Positions 37,341 through 59,446 of a DNA stretch of 64,000 nucleotides are shown piece by piece. The stretch covers positions 1 through 64,000 of the forward strand of contig DF237042.1 of NCBI GenBank assembly GCA_000708835.1. Direction: 5' to 3'. Position 1 is the first letter of the stretch; every line of letters starts with the position of its first letter. Under the pieces are notes generated by a model. It saw only the letters and a list, made by a program, of their open reading frames with translations, was not told the DNA's origin and ran no database searches. The translations under genes and the position numbers were made by a program. The stretch is from Klebsormidium nitens (Eukaryota; Plantae; Klebsormidiophyceae).

Positions 37341-38984
37341 GATAACAAGTGGCTGCGAAGATGTTGTTCCGTGGGCAGAAAGGCTGGAGGCGCAGGAGGA
37401 TGTGGAAGGAAGAGAAGATCGTGCGTGTTGGAATAAGAATACGGAAAATGCAGATACGCTTATAAACCTACGAAAGCTCTGGCAGTTTGATTTGATTTCT
37501 GCATTGGTGGCCGCATTGGTGCAATGTCCAGTGTCAGATCTCTGATCTACAGCTAGTCGAGTCCTAGCCGGACTCTAGCAATGTCGCGACAAGCAGCCCG
37601 CGCAATGCACGATTCTTCAAAACCGTCGTTTGAGACTGGCGCGGGCGTTGGACGGTTCAATGGCGGCGATTGCTTCCATGGACCCAGATTGCACCCTTGC
37701 TGAACACGTCGATGGCCTCTGCATTTGTCTTGTCACGTGTGAGTTCCTAAAAAGTGTGTGGTTGACACCTGTCAGCTTCTGAAGTTCACCCCAAAAAGTG
37801 AAAAAGTGCAAGCGGGTGGCCAGAAAGCAAATATTTGGCCGACGCGGCCCAAGCAGCACCGTCCGATGAAAAGCTGCGCGACGTGCCGCTGCTTGTAAAC
37901 GTCGATAAAGGAAGGCATCTCAATAATCAAAGGCTTCGTCAGCGCCGGTTTAATGGTGTAAAGCACCGCTGCCCGGCGGCCGCGCGACCCGCAGCGCGCG
38001 ACGGAATCGAGCGCGCTCGGGCGCGATCATTATAGCTGTGACTGAGTTTAGTCGCGGACTCACGCGGATCGCGGCCGTCACTGTGAACGATCATTTAGCC
38101 TCGACTCGGATTCGCCTAGCTAGCCTGCATACAGCATGTGGCGGCTGCGCGCTTTCGAGCTATACAGGTTGCAACCTATAACACATCGTTAATGTTCTGA
38201 TACACGTACGATCTCTCCTTAAATTAAAACGTACTAGGTTTTATATACTCAATCACGTGTCTTATCATACGTGGATACTAAATCATTGTAGAAATCTATT
38301 CAAGCTACGCTCCTCATTCATCTACAGCTATTAGCTATATGTAATCTGCTTTCGAAGTATATCCCCAACTGATTGAATCAATCCGTGGCGCTCAGCACAG
38401 CTCGCGTGACCATGTTGATTGAGTGTAGAACAAAGTGCGTCTATGAGAGTGCAACTGCATACGTAGTACTCAATAACGCTACAAACGCCTTCATGTTATT
38501 CCGGCCCAGGTCCTACCATTCTGAAAGCCGAGGCCCAAGGGGCGTGCGCGCAAACGCACGCGTTGAAACCTCATGGATTGCCAGCGCTACATATTGGTTC
38601 AATGGGGCAATCAATCAAGAAAAGAACATAGTCGATGGGAACGGTAACTTAGAGCAACTTAGTAACGATGTCCACGTCAAAACCATCGTGACTTTTGATC
38701 AGCTTGATCCCCTCATGAGGACAAAGTTCGACCTTGGTGCAAACTGCCTTGTGTCAGCGTCAATTTATGATCACACACCACTATCGGAATCTTGGAAGAG
38801 TTGTCTGCGCCCTGCAAATTCTCAGGGAAACTATGCGTGCAAACCCGTTGGCTCGACACTATCCTAAACCGCTCTGACTCATGACCATCTTGGACAATCC
38901 CGTGACATCCATATTGCAGAAAGAGAGGTGCAAGTTCAGGAACCTTCGTCGAACTTCCGATCGGGGACCTACGGGCCCTCAACC

Positions 38985-48276
<9,292 letters not shown>

Positions 48277-48606
48277 GATTGTCTAAAGACGCGCAAGCAA
48301 AGCGGTGACCAGAATGACCACAGCTCTTGATGCCCCCACAATTTCTTCTTCAACAAGCGCCCTGCAATCTGGAGAATATGCTTTTCGAGTGCAGAAAGCG
48401 ACTTCCACGTTTCAAGTCCGAGTTGAATGCCGACTCTGTGAGTGTGACTGGAGAAGCCAAGGAATGGGCGACAGACGGTCGGCAGCGGCAACGGTTCACG
48501 ATGAGCTGAGCACACCTCGAGAGCTCGAGGGTGTGCTAAGGGGGGGTAACGTCTCCGAAGCGTCACCACACGGCTCTTCCTTGGTCGCCTTGCGTCAGGT
48601 TCCAAA

Positions 48607-48615
48607 TTAGGGTTT
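48607..48615 (-). promoter_or_regulatory. Telo-box in the divergent AlaRS/TMCO4 intergenic region
   Basis: TTAGGGTTT (reverse complement AAACCCTAA). Telo-boxes are typical upstream of plant translation-machinery genes. Confidence 0.45.
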
Positions 48616-48770
48616 TGGTTGTGGTGTTCAACACAAGCGCCGTATGGCAAGGCGACCGCCCTCAGAAGCTTGCGATCTAGCTGTGGAGCCTTGGCCCTTG
48701 TAGACCCGCTAGCTTGCAATACCTACTCTCCTCTGGAGCCTGATCGGATTGCCCCTGCTCGCCAATTGCC

Positions 48771-51700
48771 ATGGCTGGCAGCCTCACCAGCTCCGATCGC
48801 TATGCAGCGGCGGCCTTGCTTGCACTCGCGCTAAGAGAAGCGCAGAGAGCAAGGAAAGGGGAGCTTGAGCTTGAGGAGAAGGAGGAATGGGCCTTGAAGG
48901 AGACGGCTAGGGCCGGTGACTTTTCCTGGTGCAGCCAAGAGTGTGGCATTCTGGAGAACACATGCAGGCAAGACTATGCCCCAGTTCTGAAGCAATGCTA
49001 TGATTTATCTGGTGGTATGGAAGGGGGTTCCTGCAATGAGAAGTCCTGAGGGAGTTCTGGCATGTGCATGCATGCATCAGTCTGATTACAGAGTGTTTTC
49101 TCGTATCTGCTTAACGAAGCGGCTGCTGATGGGGGCTTCCCCATTGCTCAATTGCGATGTTATACAATTGCAAGCAACAAGGAATTGCTTGGAGTTTATA
49201 GGCTGTGGGGCACATTGCATAAGGGTTTTTTCCAAAATTGTTGATGTCCCGGACCTCAGAAGAAGATTGGTCCCTTCTTACAGATGCTTACTGATTGAGG
49301 AGGACCGCTGGTCCAGCCTGGAGCGCCTGGGACAAACACCAGACACAAAGTTGCAAGTATCTGCTGTGAGGGTCGCTCTGGACCATTCAGCGAAGAGAGG
49401 TTTTCATTTCAGCAAAGAGGGTTTGGAGGAGATCTAGCTCTGTTTGCTACTCCTAGAGCTCGCTGAGTCTGTGCCCACCGTTAGAAAATTGCTTGGGACT
49501 GGCTTTGAGTTCAAGAGAGAGTCCTTCGCTGGAAGAGATTTTTGTGTATACAGTGAATGAATGATAGATCTACGGCCCGGACAACTTTTGAGTAGATCAA
49601 TCCAAATATCGTTTGCAAATGTCTTTGATGACACCGAGGGATAGGAGAGTAGAAAGGGGAATGTACAGATTAGCTGAGGCAGACTACAAATGCCCCTTCT
49701 ATGTTCGTTGGGCAAACTGTTGGGCGCCTCCCCTCGTGCAGTTCTTGCATGTTTTGAAAGAAGGGGAGGGCAGCAATTCTGGGGCTGAGGATGACAAAAG
49801 CCCTGGCAAAGCAGCGCTGGAGCTGTCAGGGCAGAAGGTGGAGGACACAGTGACAGAGTGAGGCGATCTCCGCTAGAGTTTCTGTGGTTCTAAACTCTGA
49901 GATCTATTTGTTCAGAGTCGTAGATAAGCTGTAAACGAGTAAGCCCTTGTGTAATTAGAATCTGTCTTTGCTTAAGACTGGTTTTGAACCATCAAGCGGA
50001 TTGCGCCCTTCTCCCTGCGTAGATCGCCGTGATCCAGGATGGTGGCGTCTGCCCTTGCTTCCTGGGCACCCACCTGCAGACCATTCTCACAGCCCATAAG
50101 AGCCCACATGACGATTTCCAAGCGACGGAAGGGTACATCTTTGTTTGCTGTGTCATCGACCTCCTGTCTACTCTCTACTCGATAAATCAAGTTGCTCCTG
50201 TTGCCAAGGAGGGAGTGAGAAAGTGTCCATCTGATACAGCTGTCTCCTCCGTGCAGTGACAAATCGCCTGCGCAATTGTCTGCGCGCTCGGCCCCCCTCA
50301 ACGTTGACAAGACTGTCAGCCAACAGGCACTGGACCGCCTGACTGCGATGCAACATACTTCGCCCTCGCCAAGCACCGCTGTATTTCAGGACAGCCCAGA
50401 AGCTCCTCAAGAAACAAAATCAGAGCCCCAAAAAACTTCCACGACACAAGGCGAAACGCCCACGAATCCCGACGACGCCCCCAGCACAAGCGCTCCTGTT
50501 CCCAGAAAGCCCAAACATTGCATGCTCCCCCCAGACGCGCCCAAGTTGTCTCCTCAACGCACTGTAGCGGTTGTTTATGAGCTGCTCTACGCTGCCGTGT
50601 CGGACGGATTGGACTACGGCAAGAAGGGCGGCAAGGTGCACAAGCGGCCGGGGTATGATGCACGGCAGCGGGTAGCCCTGCGCTTCCTGGCGGAGTGGCT
50701 CGACCTGCCCTGGAAGAAAGTGGTGAGGCGCCAACACAGGCTGCGTGCTCGATGACGCGCAAGTTTGCCGAGCAGGGCGCCGGCAGTGCCCTCTCAGAAG
50801 ACTTGATGAATATAAGTCCCTTTTCCCGGAACGATTGTAAGTAGTAGGAAGCGAGATACCATGCTTGCAATTGGTCTATCCCTCTCGTCAAACATTCTCG
50901 AAGTCTGTGCTACAGTTCATCTTTGATGTCAGCAACTATTCTGCCATCATATCAGGTTGCCGGCCAGCTTGTTCTCACAGACCATATTGACTCTGCAAAG
51001 TCAAGTAAAAACACCAATCACCAGATTTCATTGGAGTTCACAGATTGCTCGCTCTCTCTGCGCAGACTGAGCTGGAGGTGGTGGTGGCTCACGCGGCGCT
51101 GGCGGCAGAGACTGCGCGGCGGGAGATGCTGGAGAAGGAAAGAGAGGAGGACGCTGAGTCCGAGAAGAACCGCAAGAGCTGGGCCAAGTGGAAGCGCAAC
51201 ATGTACGTCGGCGGGGCAGCAGTAGCAGGCGGAGCGCTGCTGGCCGTCACCGGAGGTGGGAAAAAATTCGTGTTGTGCAATGAAGAGGGTTTTTTTCTTG
51301 CCGTTGGAGATTATTGATTGGCCACTCCGCAAGACAGCGTGAGGTTGATGGGCTCTGACAACATTTCTGCGCCTTCTTTTCAGTTCAAAAGGTCAAAGAT
51401 GCCAGAAAAGACACGTCAACTTGTGTTTTATTTCTGCCACTTCGAAAGTTGGTTAACTATGTCGAGGAGGAGTTTGTGACTGAACATACTAAATTTAGAG
51501 CGAGGGACTCGCTTTTGTCGTCTGCATCAATCACCCAACTGGCGATCCCTTTCGAATGACTAGAGCAGACGTGACTTCGCTTCAAGATTAGGCTGCTTCC
51601 TAAGCTGCTTGAGCCAGTCTCAAACCACCTTTTTACACGAACCTTCGAGACCAGATTCTTGGAAATCAAAAGTCGAAGAGCAGACGACTAAAGTCTAAAA

Positions 51701-54700
51701 GCCATCCCGTTTGCAGGCCTTGCTGCCCCAGCCATCGGTGCTGGTATTGCCGCTCTGACGACCGGGTCCGTGGCAGCGACTGCCGCTTTGGCTACGACCA
51801 CTGCGGGCACCGCAGTCGTGGCGGGGGCGTTTGGAGGTGAGGCGCTCAACTCGCAGCTTCTTCCCAAAGTCAGTTGGAAAATGGCCACAGCTCGGGAAAA
51901 TGCGATTTACATAAGGAGGTGGCAAACGGAGCGAGTTCTTTCGCAGCGTGTGCACGAGAACACAAGAACACCCGAACAGAACGACCAACAGCCTTTTCCA
52001 GCCTATATCAAAAGTGGGATCCGTGCTAAAAAGATCACTGGGCCTAGTTCAATCAACAGGTTGGAGCGTTCACTGTAGGCCCTTCTGCCTCGATTGCTGT
52101 ACTGGTAAGACAGTGCGCTGACGTAACATACTATTGTTGTAGCCGCTGGTGCTGGCCTGGGTGGCTACCGGATGTCGCGGCGGGTTGGGGACGTGAGCGA
52201 GTTCCAGTTCGAGCCCGTCGGAGAGAACCACCAACAGGTGCGACCTCAGTATATCTGAGATGTCAACGACGTTCTCCTTTGTTAGCGAACCGCTGAGCAC
52301 TTGGCAGGTTGGAAGCTGTACGTATCGTGAGGGGCGGTCTGCTACCCTCGAATGTTAATACTTGAAGTTGGCGGTTTAGGGACGCCAAACTGGAGTTGCA
52401 GTTGTTCGACTGCAGGAAAGTATCCCCGTAGGTCCTCTTCTGCTTAGCGATCGGCGACATTAACAAGCGATCTCTTACGAATTGCAACCTGACTGAAAGC
52501 CCTGTATAAAAAAGTAGCGCGACTTTTTTCAGTCCCTGAACAGAGCAGCGTAAAGGGATTCTGCATGTCTCAAAGGCTAAAAATCCCACTCAGTACGTTC
52601 TTGGTAGCAGATTCCAAGATGTTTTAATCTATCCGTTCGCAGGGCTGCTTGGCGGTGGGCGTCTACGTGGCTGGCGTGTGCTTCGAGCCCCAGGATTACG
52701 TCAGCGCGTGGGAGGCTCCTGACCGCGACCTGGAGCGGTTCGTCGTGCGATGGGAGAGCAAGGAGGTCATCCCCGTCGCCACCGCCGTGCAGGACTGGAT
52801 CAAGGCCAGTGAGTGCATAGAAATGAGCTTTCACACTCTTGACGATCTGGTACTTAAAAAGGCCATGGCCGGGAACGGGTGGGGTTGGCCTGGTGTTTAG
52901 GGTTGGGTTCGGGTGCGAAGCGCAATATTGGTAATGAGTTCGGCCCAGACTTTGCAGCTGACCCGTCTTGAACGCCTGGGAAGACCACGGGTCTTTTATC
53001 AGTTGCAAGTAATGATTCACAAATGGCCCCAGATGGAAACAGACCGTTTCTTAAGTAGACTGGAACCAAGGCTCCGTTTGACTTCTGAAGGAGCTTCCTC
53101 AACGTCGAGATACTTGTCCCCGGCTCTTCCAAAGCCCGATCCCTTGTTTGTGGCCTGTAGGTCTCATGAGCATTGCAGAGGTGCCGCTCTTCTGTAGCTA
53201 CTAACCTCTCACACCAGCCTCCGCAGGTCTTCTCTTTGACTGAAGGCCTTGTTTTCCGTTGTGTCGCAGATTTGACTGCGGAGATCGTGAAGAAGGGCGC
53301 CATGATGACTGTGCTGCAGGGCCTGCTGCTGGCTGTCGCGTGGCCCGCCGCCATCGTGGGCGCGCTCAACGGCATTGAGAACAAGTGGGCCGTCGTCATC
53401 AACAGGTGTGCGCACGCGCGCCTCCCTCTTCGTGCGTCCACATCATATCGAACCTGCCAATGACACGGCGCTACACTGGATGGTTGCACCATAACTCTCG
53501 TCCTACGTTTCATATGTGCAGCAGTTACTTCAAGCAGAGACGAAAGTGATCTGGTCGAGAAGGCCCGAAGACACGATCGGTGCGATCATCTAAGAGACGG
53601 TTCTCCAAATCTTATTCTTGAAGGAAACATCTCGACACTGTGCGTTTGGCTGGACACGCAACCGCTGACGGCAACTTCGTGCGTCTGTTCAGGGCGGACA
53701 AAGCGGGGGTTCTGCTGGCAGACGCCCTCCTGAGCGGGAGCCACGGGGACCGTCCGGTGACCCTGGTCGGGGCGTCGCTGGGGGCACGTGTCGTCTTCTC
53801 GTGCCTCGAGGAGCTTGCGCGGCGCGGCGACACAGGTGAGCGACCGCGCTCTGCGTTTATGGCCGTGCGGGGCCGCCGCTTGCTTCCACAGAACGTGAAG
53901 GTCGCAAAAAAATTCCCGGACCCTGCAGATCAGCCTGGCGGATGTCGGTGCCAGAATGATACGACGTTGCGTCCTAAGCTTTGGTTGCCGTGCTGCATGC
54001 CGTCCCTCTGCGGGCTGTCCGCGTTTGAAACCTGTAGAGTGCCGTCCGATGGATGTTGACATGGCGTTCGAAGCAGACCCCATGACAGAGCTGTCCTCAG
54101 TAAACGGTTGACTGAAAGCTTTCCTCGGTAAAAATTAACCCCGGCATTCACTTTCTGGCATTGGGTTATCTGGAACTGTCGAGGTCTATCTGTAAAACAT
54201 GGTCGGATTGTTGCGCATCTGCCATGACCGATCGAGCCATCGAAACCGTCCCCGTTGAGTGAAAGAGGCCAGTCGGCTTACCTAACGTGTTTTGGTCGCC
54301 GCTACAATTGCGAGACACAAGTTCACCGTTCGGAACCCCGCGTGCTAATAACAACCATCAAACGGCAACGGCATCATGGAGCGTGCGGTGCTGCTGGGCA
54401 TGCCGCTGCCGCTCAGACTTCAATCAGAGCGTTCTGATTGCCACCAAATCCTGTGAGGAGAACACTTTGTCATCCAATTTCTCCTGTCTGCGTGCCAATA
54501 CTTCTTCTCTGTTGCAGGCGGCATCGTGGAGCGCGCGGTGCTGCTGGGCATGCCGCTGCCGCACGATGTGAAGCGGTGGGAGACCGTCCGGGGGGTGGTC
54601 GCCGGGCGGCTGGTGAACGGGTACGCCACCAACGACTGGACGCTCGGGGTGATCTACCGGGCCAACCTGATGACCACATCCATCGCGGGGCTCCAGCCGT

Positions 54701-55383
54701 GCCCGCACACCGGCGTCGAGAATGTCAGTACTGCTGCCTGATGTTCTTCCGCTGCCTGACAGTCTGCCAATGCGTGCGATGCTTCGAAGTTCAATTGAGT
54801 TGCGAAGTTAAGAGGGCAGTGCGAGTTGCCAAGTTCCGAGTGGTTTGCTGCAAATTAGCTGAAGGTTCGTCTGCGCACCTGTGGTGCGGAGCTTCCGACA
54901 AAGCGAGTGTGCAAAGCTGCTCGGTTGCTTTCCTTGTGTTTGACTATATGGAACTGGTTACTCCTCTCCTCAAAGCGCGGTCGCTTTTAGGAGGCACGTG
55001 CCTTTATGTCTTGCTTCCCTGACGTAGCCCCTAAGTCTTCCTCAAATCGGACTTTTGAGTTCAAGCCATCATCCGATGCCACAGCGGAGTTTAGCGCAGT
55101 GCAGCAGCTGCTGGTCTATCCAGCAAGCAAAGGACCGAAGTCTAACAACGTATGTCATCACGTCTGCCAGGTGGACGTCACGCCCTGGGTCAAGGGCCAC
55201 ACGTCATACTTGCATCATCTGCGGGAGATCCAGGCGCAAGTGGACGTCGACAGCTGCTGGCCGGTGGGAGTGCTCGGGTTGCCCGAGGCCGAGTCGGTGC
55301 CCGCGGGAACGCCTGCAAAAGAGCAACTAGAGGCGGCAGACGTGGAGGCCATGGCCGCGCAGGCAGGAAACCTGACTCTCTGA
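48771..55383 (+). CDS. TMCO4-like / DUF726 alpha-beta-hydrolase-fold membrane protein (~13 exons)
   Basis: RTVAVVYELL..GYDARQRVALRFLAEWLDLPW, WAKWKR..GGALLAVTGGLAAPAIGAG, RRVGDVSEFQF, nucleophile-elbow-like RPVTLVGASLGARVVFSCLEELA, IVERAVLLG, VAGRLVNGYATNDWTLG, and ENVDVTPWVKGHTSY. One internal exon near 50020-50140 is not resolved. Confidence 0.9.
54369..54412 (+). repeat. 44-bp intronic copy of the start of the next TMCO4 exon (54519-54562)
   Basis: cggcatcAtggagcgTgcggtgctgctgggcatgccgctgccgc versus cggcatcGtggagcgCgcggtgctgctgggcatgccgctgccgc; 42/44 identical. Confidence 0.9.
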
Positions 55384-56024
55384 GGACTGTGGAGACACGC
55401 AGAGAGTTCACACAGAGTACGACAAACCTTTTGAGTCCTTTTTAGGACATGCTGAGATCATAAACTGTACATATGCGCGCCTTTTGGCATGTGGCGACGG
55501 TGAAGAGACTTACTGACGGGGAAATGTTTTGAAATGTATTTTGTCGGCCGTGGGTTCCTCTCAGCCGGGACGGTTGACGCTCGGCGGACTCGTTACTGTA
55601 GTTGTCCCGCCGCCGTTTTAGTCCCTCTTTAATCAATCCGTACTGCAGGACTTACTAAAGCCCTGACTGCCGGGCGGGCTGATTCAGCGGGTACGGCTGT
55701 GTTCGAGAAGATCAGAACTGTTCAAGATAACCCGACTCCCCAGGTCTGGATGGTGAATAATTCCATAGCCTGGTTTGCGATAAGTTAAAGATGGATATTC
55801 CAGTCTACTTCACCGATATGGGTTTTCGGTCCACGACCGACTCGCGAATATTGAGGAAATATTGAAAAAGTGACATAAATATCTCACAATCTGCTCGTCT
55901 TAAAATATACAGCACTTATGCTATCCAAATTACCGAACCGTGTTGCTTGAGAACTTCAAGATGAATGACCGGAGTTTTTCCAAGTGGATTATATTTCCAG
56001 CCGTTAGAAAACCATTGTGTACCG

Positions 56025-56044
56025 NNNNNNNNNNNNNNNNNNNN
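56025..56044. other. Assembly gap (20 N) flanked by a 15-bp direct repeat
   Basis: cagccgttagaaaac occurs at 55998-56012 and at 56056-56070. Confidence 0.95.
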
Positions 56045-56945
56045 AGGAATGGGTTCAGCCGTTAGAAAACTGTGCACTGTTTTAATTGCAGCCAAATTAA
56101 AGACCCACCAACATCCGATCAGATAATTCTAGCTTCGCTTCGGTTGGGAAATGTGAAAAACAATCATCTCAGGCCTTATATATAGTGGCTCAGAGAGTCA
56201 ATTAGGTGCGGTATTGGTTTTCCTCCGACTCCCGTCCAACTTACCCACCGGTCTGGATTGGGTCGACCGGAAACCCCATATGGTATGTCAACGTTTCGCT
56301 TCTTCGCTTATAGCTTTTAACATCACACATGTTTAATACAAGTCTTTCTGCCATATATTATCTAAGAACACGTTTCAGTTGCATGCAAGCATGGCATGAA
56401 CTTGTATTTATTCCATGATAAAGCCAAGATTCTTTGAAATTTGATCTGATCGACGGAATATGTAATGATAATTGTCAGATTGCGCAGTCATGCATGGCCC
56501 GCCATGCAGATGATTTTGACGATCGATTGTTATTTGATTAAATGTGATCATGATCTTGAGGCTTGCAAGTTGTTGCGCACTTATTTTGAGTGAGTGAACT
56601 ATTGAAACTGTGTCATCAACTGTAACAGGTTTTCAGTGTACACCAATTGTCTACTTGGTGTTATGTTGCTCAAGTAACCGGCTGTTGAGAGTTGGAGTTT
56701 ATAGAATATTTATGTATTTGAAGTTTATAGATTGATCGAGGGTAATAATTTGCCTAAAGTTTGCAAAGCAATTATTTTGTATAGGTAATGAATTCCCAAT
56801 TCCCATTGTTGGACGTAGTTGTAAACGATGTTCGATAATACAAGAGTTATTATAAGATAGCGGTTTATGAAATTTTCATGCATGACCTTTGACCATTTCC
56901 GATTTTTCGTTGATCATCAAAAATGGCATACCTTTTCTCATCTGC

Positions 56946-57108
56946 TCAATGTGAGCAGGATTCATAATGGAATGACTTTGTTATCTAATTCTTCCATATT
57001 CAATGTCAAGTGATCATATAGTAATTATGTTCAATGTGAGCAAGATTCATAATGGAATGACTTTGTTATCTAATTCTTCCATGTTCAATGTCAAGTGATC
57101 ATAGTAAT
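56946..57108. repeat. Tandem duplication, period 85 bp, about 2 copies
   Basis: tcaatgtgagca(g/a)gattcataatggaatgactttgttatctaattcttccat(a/g)ttcaatgtcaagtgatcata... starts at 56946 and again at 57031. Confidence 0.9.
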
Positions 57109-57582
57109 CAATGTCGCACAGATCAAGGTGATGAGATGTGACATTACAAACACGTTGCTGCGCAAAGAATCAGGATGCAAATTTTTCTACATGTAACTTA
57201 GCGTGCGATTATTGCTCATCTACAATTTATATGTCGGCCTGTTAGATGTTCTTCCAGCTACATTAATGTACAAGCGTTTCTCAGCTTCAAAGTGTTGCAG
57301 AACCCATCCGTATGATCCTTCCCTTCCGAAACGTTGCTGATTTATTTGTATTGAGAGGTTTTCCGCCCAATGCTTGCAACGTATCGTCTTCTCCCTCAAC
57401 GACCATGTCCAACTCAGTTGCTTGCAAATCTTTCCACACACTATCCGTTGCACCCTGTCCCTGTCCCTTCGCCTTCGAGTCTATTGCAGGAAAACTGAGA
57501 TGATCATGTACTTCACTTTGCTGCTGTCTGTCTGTAACAAAATTTGTGGTAGGCGGAGTGTGGTCAACGTCCAGCATTGCTT

Positions 57583-59266
57583 TTACTGGTTGGAGACTCT
57601 GTTCTTGGCGTCCTGCGCAGCACCTGCAAACATTTAGAAAGGCTATTTAGCCAAATGATATGTACTGCCAACAAGCAAGGGAGAACAATACTTCCTACAC
57701 CGGTGCAAAACAATCGAAGGTGTGAAACGAAATTTGATGTTTTGCTGAAAGATAGGAAAACATGTTTGCAAGCATGAAAGAAGATATAACAGTCTAAACA
57801 AGACAGTCTCAGTTTTTCAACTGGGACTAGGCAACTCGCAATATTGTAAGACTAGTACGCCGAATGAAGGGTCAAATCACTGCCTCAATACACACCTTGC
57901 GTCTTCTTGGACAAATCCTCTCCCGTCTGCTTAGCGCTCTCGCCCGCCTTGTTGGCAGCATCTTTCGCCTCCTCGCTTTTGCCTACAAAGTTAAGAGAGG
58001 AATGTTTCATTCATCCTTCTTTTTTGAATTCAATTCTTATGAAAAGTGCCACAGGTCATAAAATCTGCCAGACATCATAGATATCTGTTTCTGTTGATAT
58101 GATTGTTTCAAGAGATCTGACCACCGAGATAATCCTCAATTTCAATCCTAGACTTCAACCTTGCATGCAGATACTGCACAGAAGAACATCAGAGCAAAGC
58201 TTCACAATCAAACTCTATAAGATTGACCTTCTGAACCCTCACCTAGGACAGTCTCCTTCGCGGACTGAGCGTAGCTGCCGACCGTCTCCTGTGCAGACTT
58301 GGCATAATCGGTGACAGTGTTTGCAACAGAGTTGTAGGTGTTGCCAACAGCCTCCTTGGTCTGCTGGTATGCAGACTGGGTGTTGTCCTTGGCAGCACCG
58401 GTGTAATCGCTGGCGGTCTTCGCAGCCTGGTCATAGGTCTCGCCGGCCTTCTCCTTGGCTCCCTGAGCATAGTCCCCAGCCTTGTCCCGAGCACCCTGGG
58501 CATACTCGCCAGCCTGGTTGTAAGCGGAGCCAGCCTTGTCCTTGGCAGCCTGGGCAGTCTCCCCGGCCTTGTCCTGAGTGTACTGACCATACTCCCCAGC
58601 CTTGTTCTGCAATTTCGAGAGGAAAACCCATCAGATTCGAAACAAGCAAGATCTGAGTATTTCTATGCAGAACATATTCCAATTCGAAGATGGAAACTGC
58701 ACCACAGTTGATAACAAATTGCTTCTCAGATAAAGAAAAATGCCATGCTAAAACCTTGTCAAGCAAGATACAACACAGGACCTACAAGCACGCTCTAGCA
58801 ATCGTTGAAAAAGTCAATGTGATGACTGCAACTAAGTACTCAACTTGCAGCTGAGCATATGTACACGTCAGCAATGCCTGTTAATGTCATCAGTAAGTCT
58901 GACATGCAAGCAAAAAAGTGGAAGATGATATGCATGTACTATTCTTCTCTCTAGAGACGGCAAATCACAGATGTGAAAGCAATGAAGCGAGGACCATAGA
59001 CCAGAACTCACCCGGGCATCCCCTAGGGCACTGCCTGCCTGGTCCTTGGTCTGCTGAGCGCTCTCCTGAGCCCTGCTGCCCATCTCCCCGGCCTTATCCT
59101 GAGCCTTGCTTGCATAGTCAGAGGCAGTGCCCTTGGCGTCCTGAGCCTTGTTCTGGGCTGCGCCTGCATAATCCTGAGCCTTGCCCTGGGCTGCGCCAGC
59201 ATAGTCCTGGGCCTTGCTGCCGGCATCATCGGCGGTCCTCTTCGCGCTATCCTGGTAGGAAGACAT
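57583..59266 (-). CDS. Late embryogenesis abundant (group 3-like) protein, 4 exons, ~248 aa
   Basis: Exons 59266-59012, 58606-58243, 57982-57896 and 57623-57583 are all phase-consistent. A/K/Q/D/Y-rich 11-mer repeats (KAQDYAGAAQG, DKAGDYAQGAK). Confidence 0.88.
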
Positions 59267-59446
59267 GTTGGCTGCTTGGTGAGAGTGATCAAACTCTAAC
59301 TGAACTGCTTGAGCGTGTTCCGTTGGAAGCGACTTTGGAAGCAAAGATAAAGGCTTGAAGTTTGCAAATGGTGAAGTTGCTTTGCAGGATGTGTGTGTTC
59401 TGCAGAGTTTATGAAAGCTTGTGGCAGTTAGGGCAGGTCAATCTGC

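Noticed and set aside
38373-38867. 164-aa ORF between PsbS and AlaRS
   Set aside because: Starts at a non-ATG codon, lacks host exon codon bias and motifs, and overlaps the probable AlaRS 3' region on the opposite strand.
48277-48770. Mitochondrial presequence or dual-start AlaRS (as in Arabidopsis and yeast)
   Set aside because: In-frame TAG 6 nt upstream of the first ATG and no other ATG on that strand in the spacer. The TAG could be a splice acceptor, but no convincing upstream coding exon was found.
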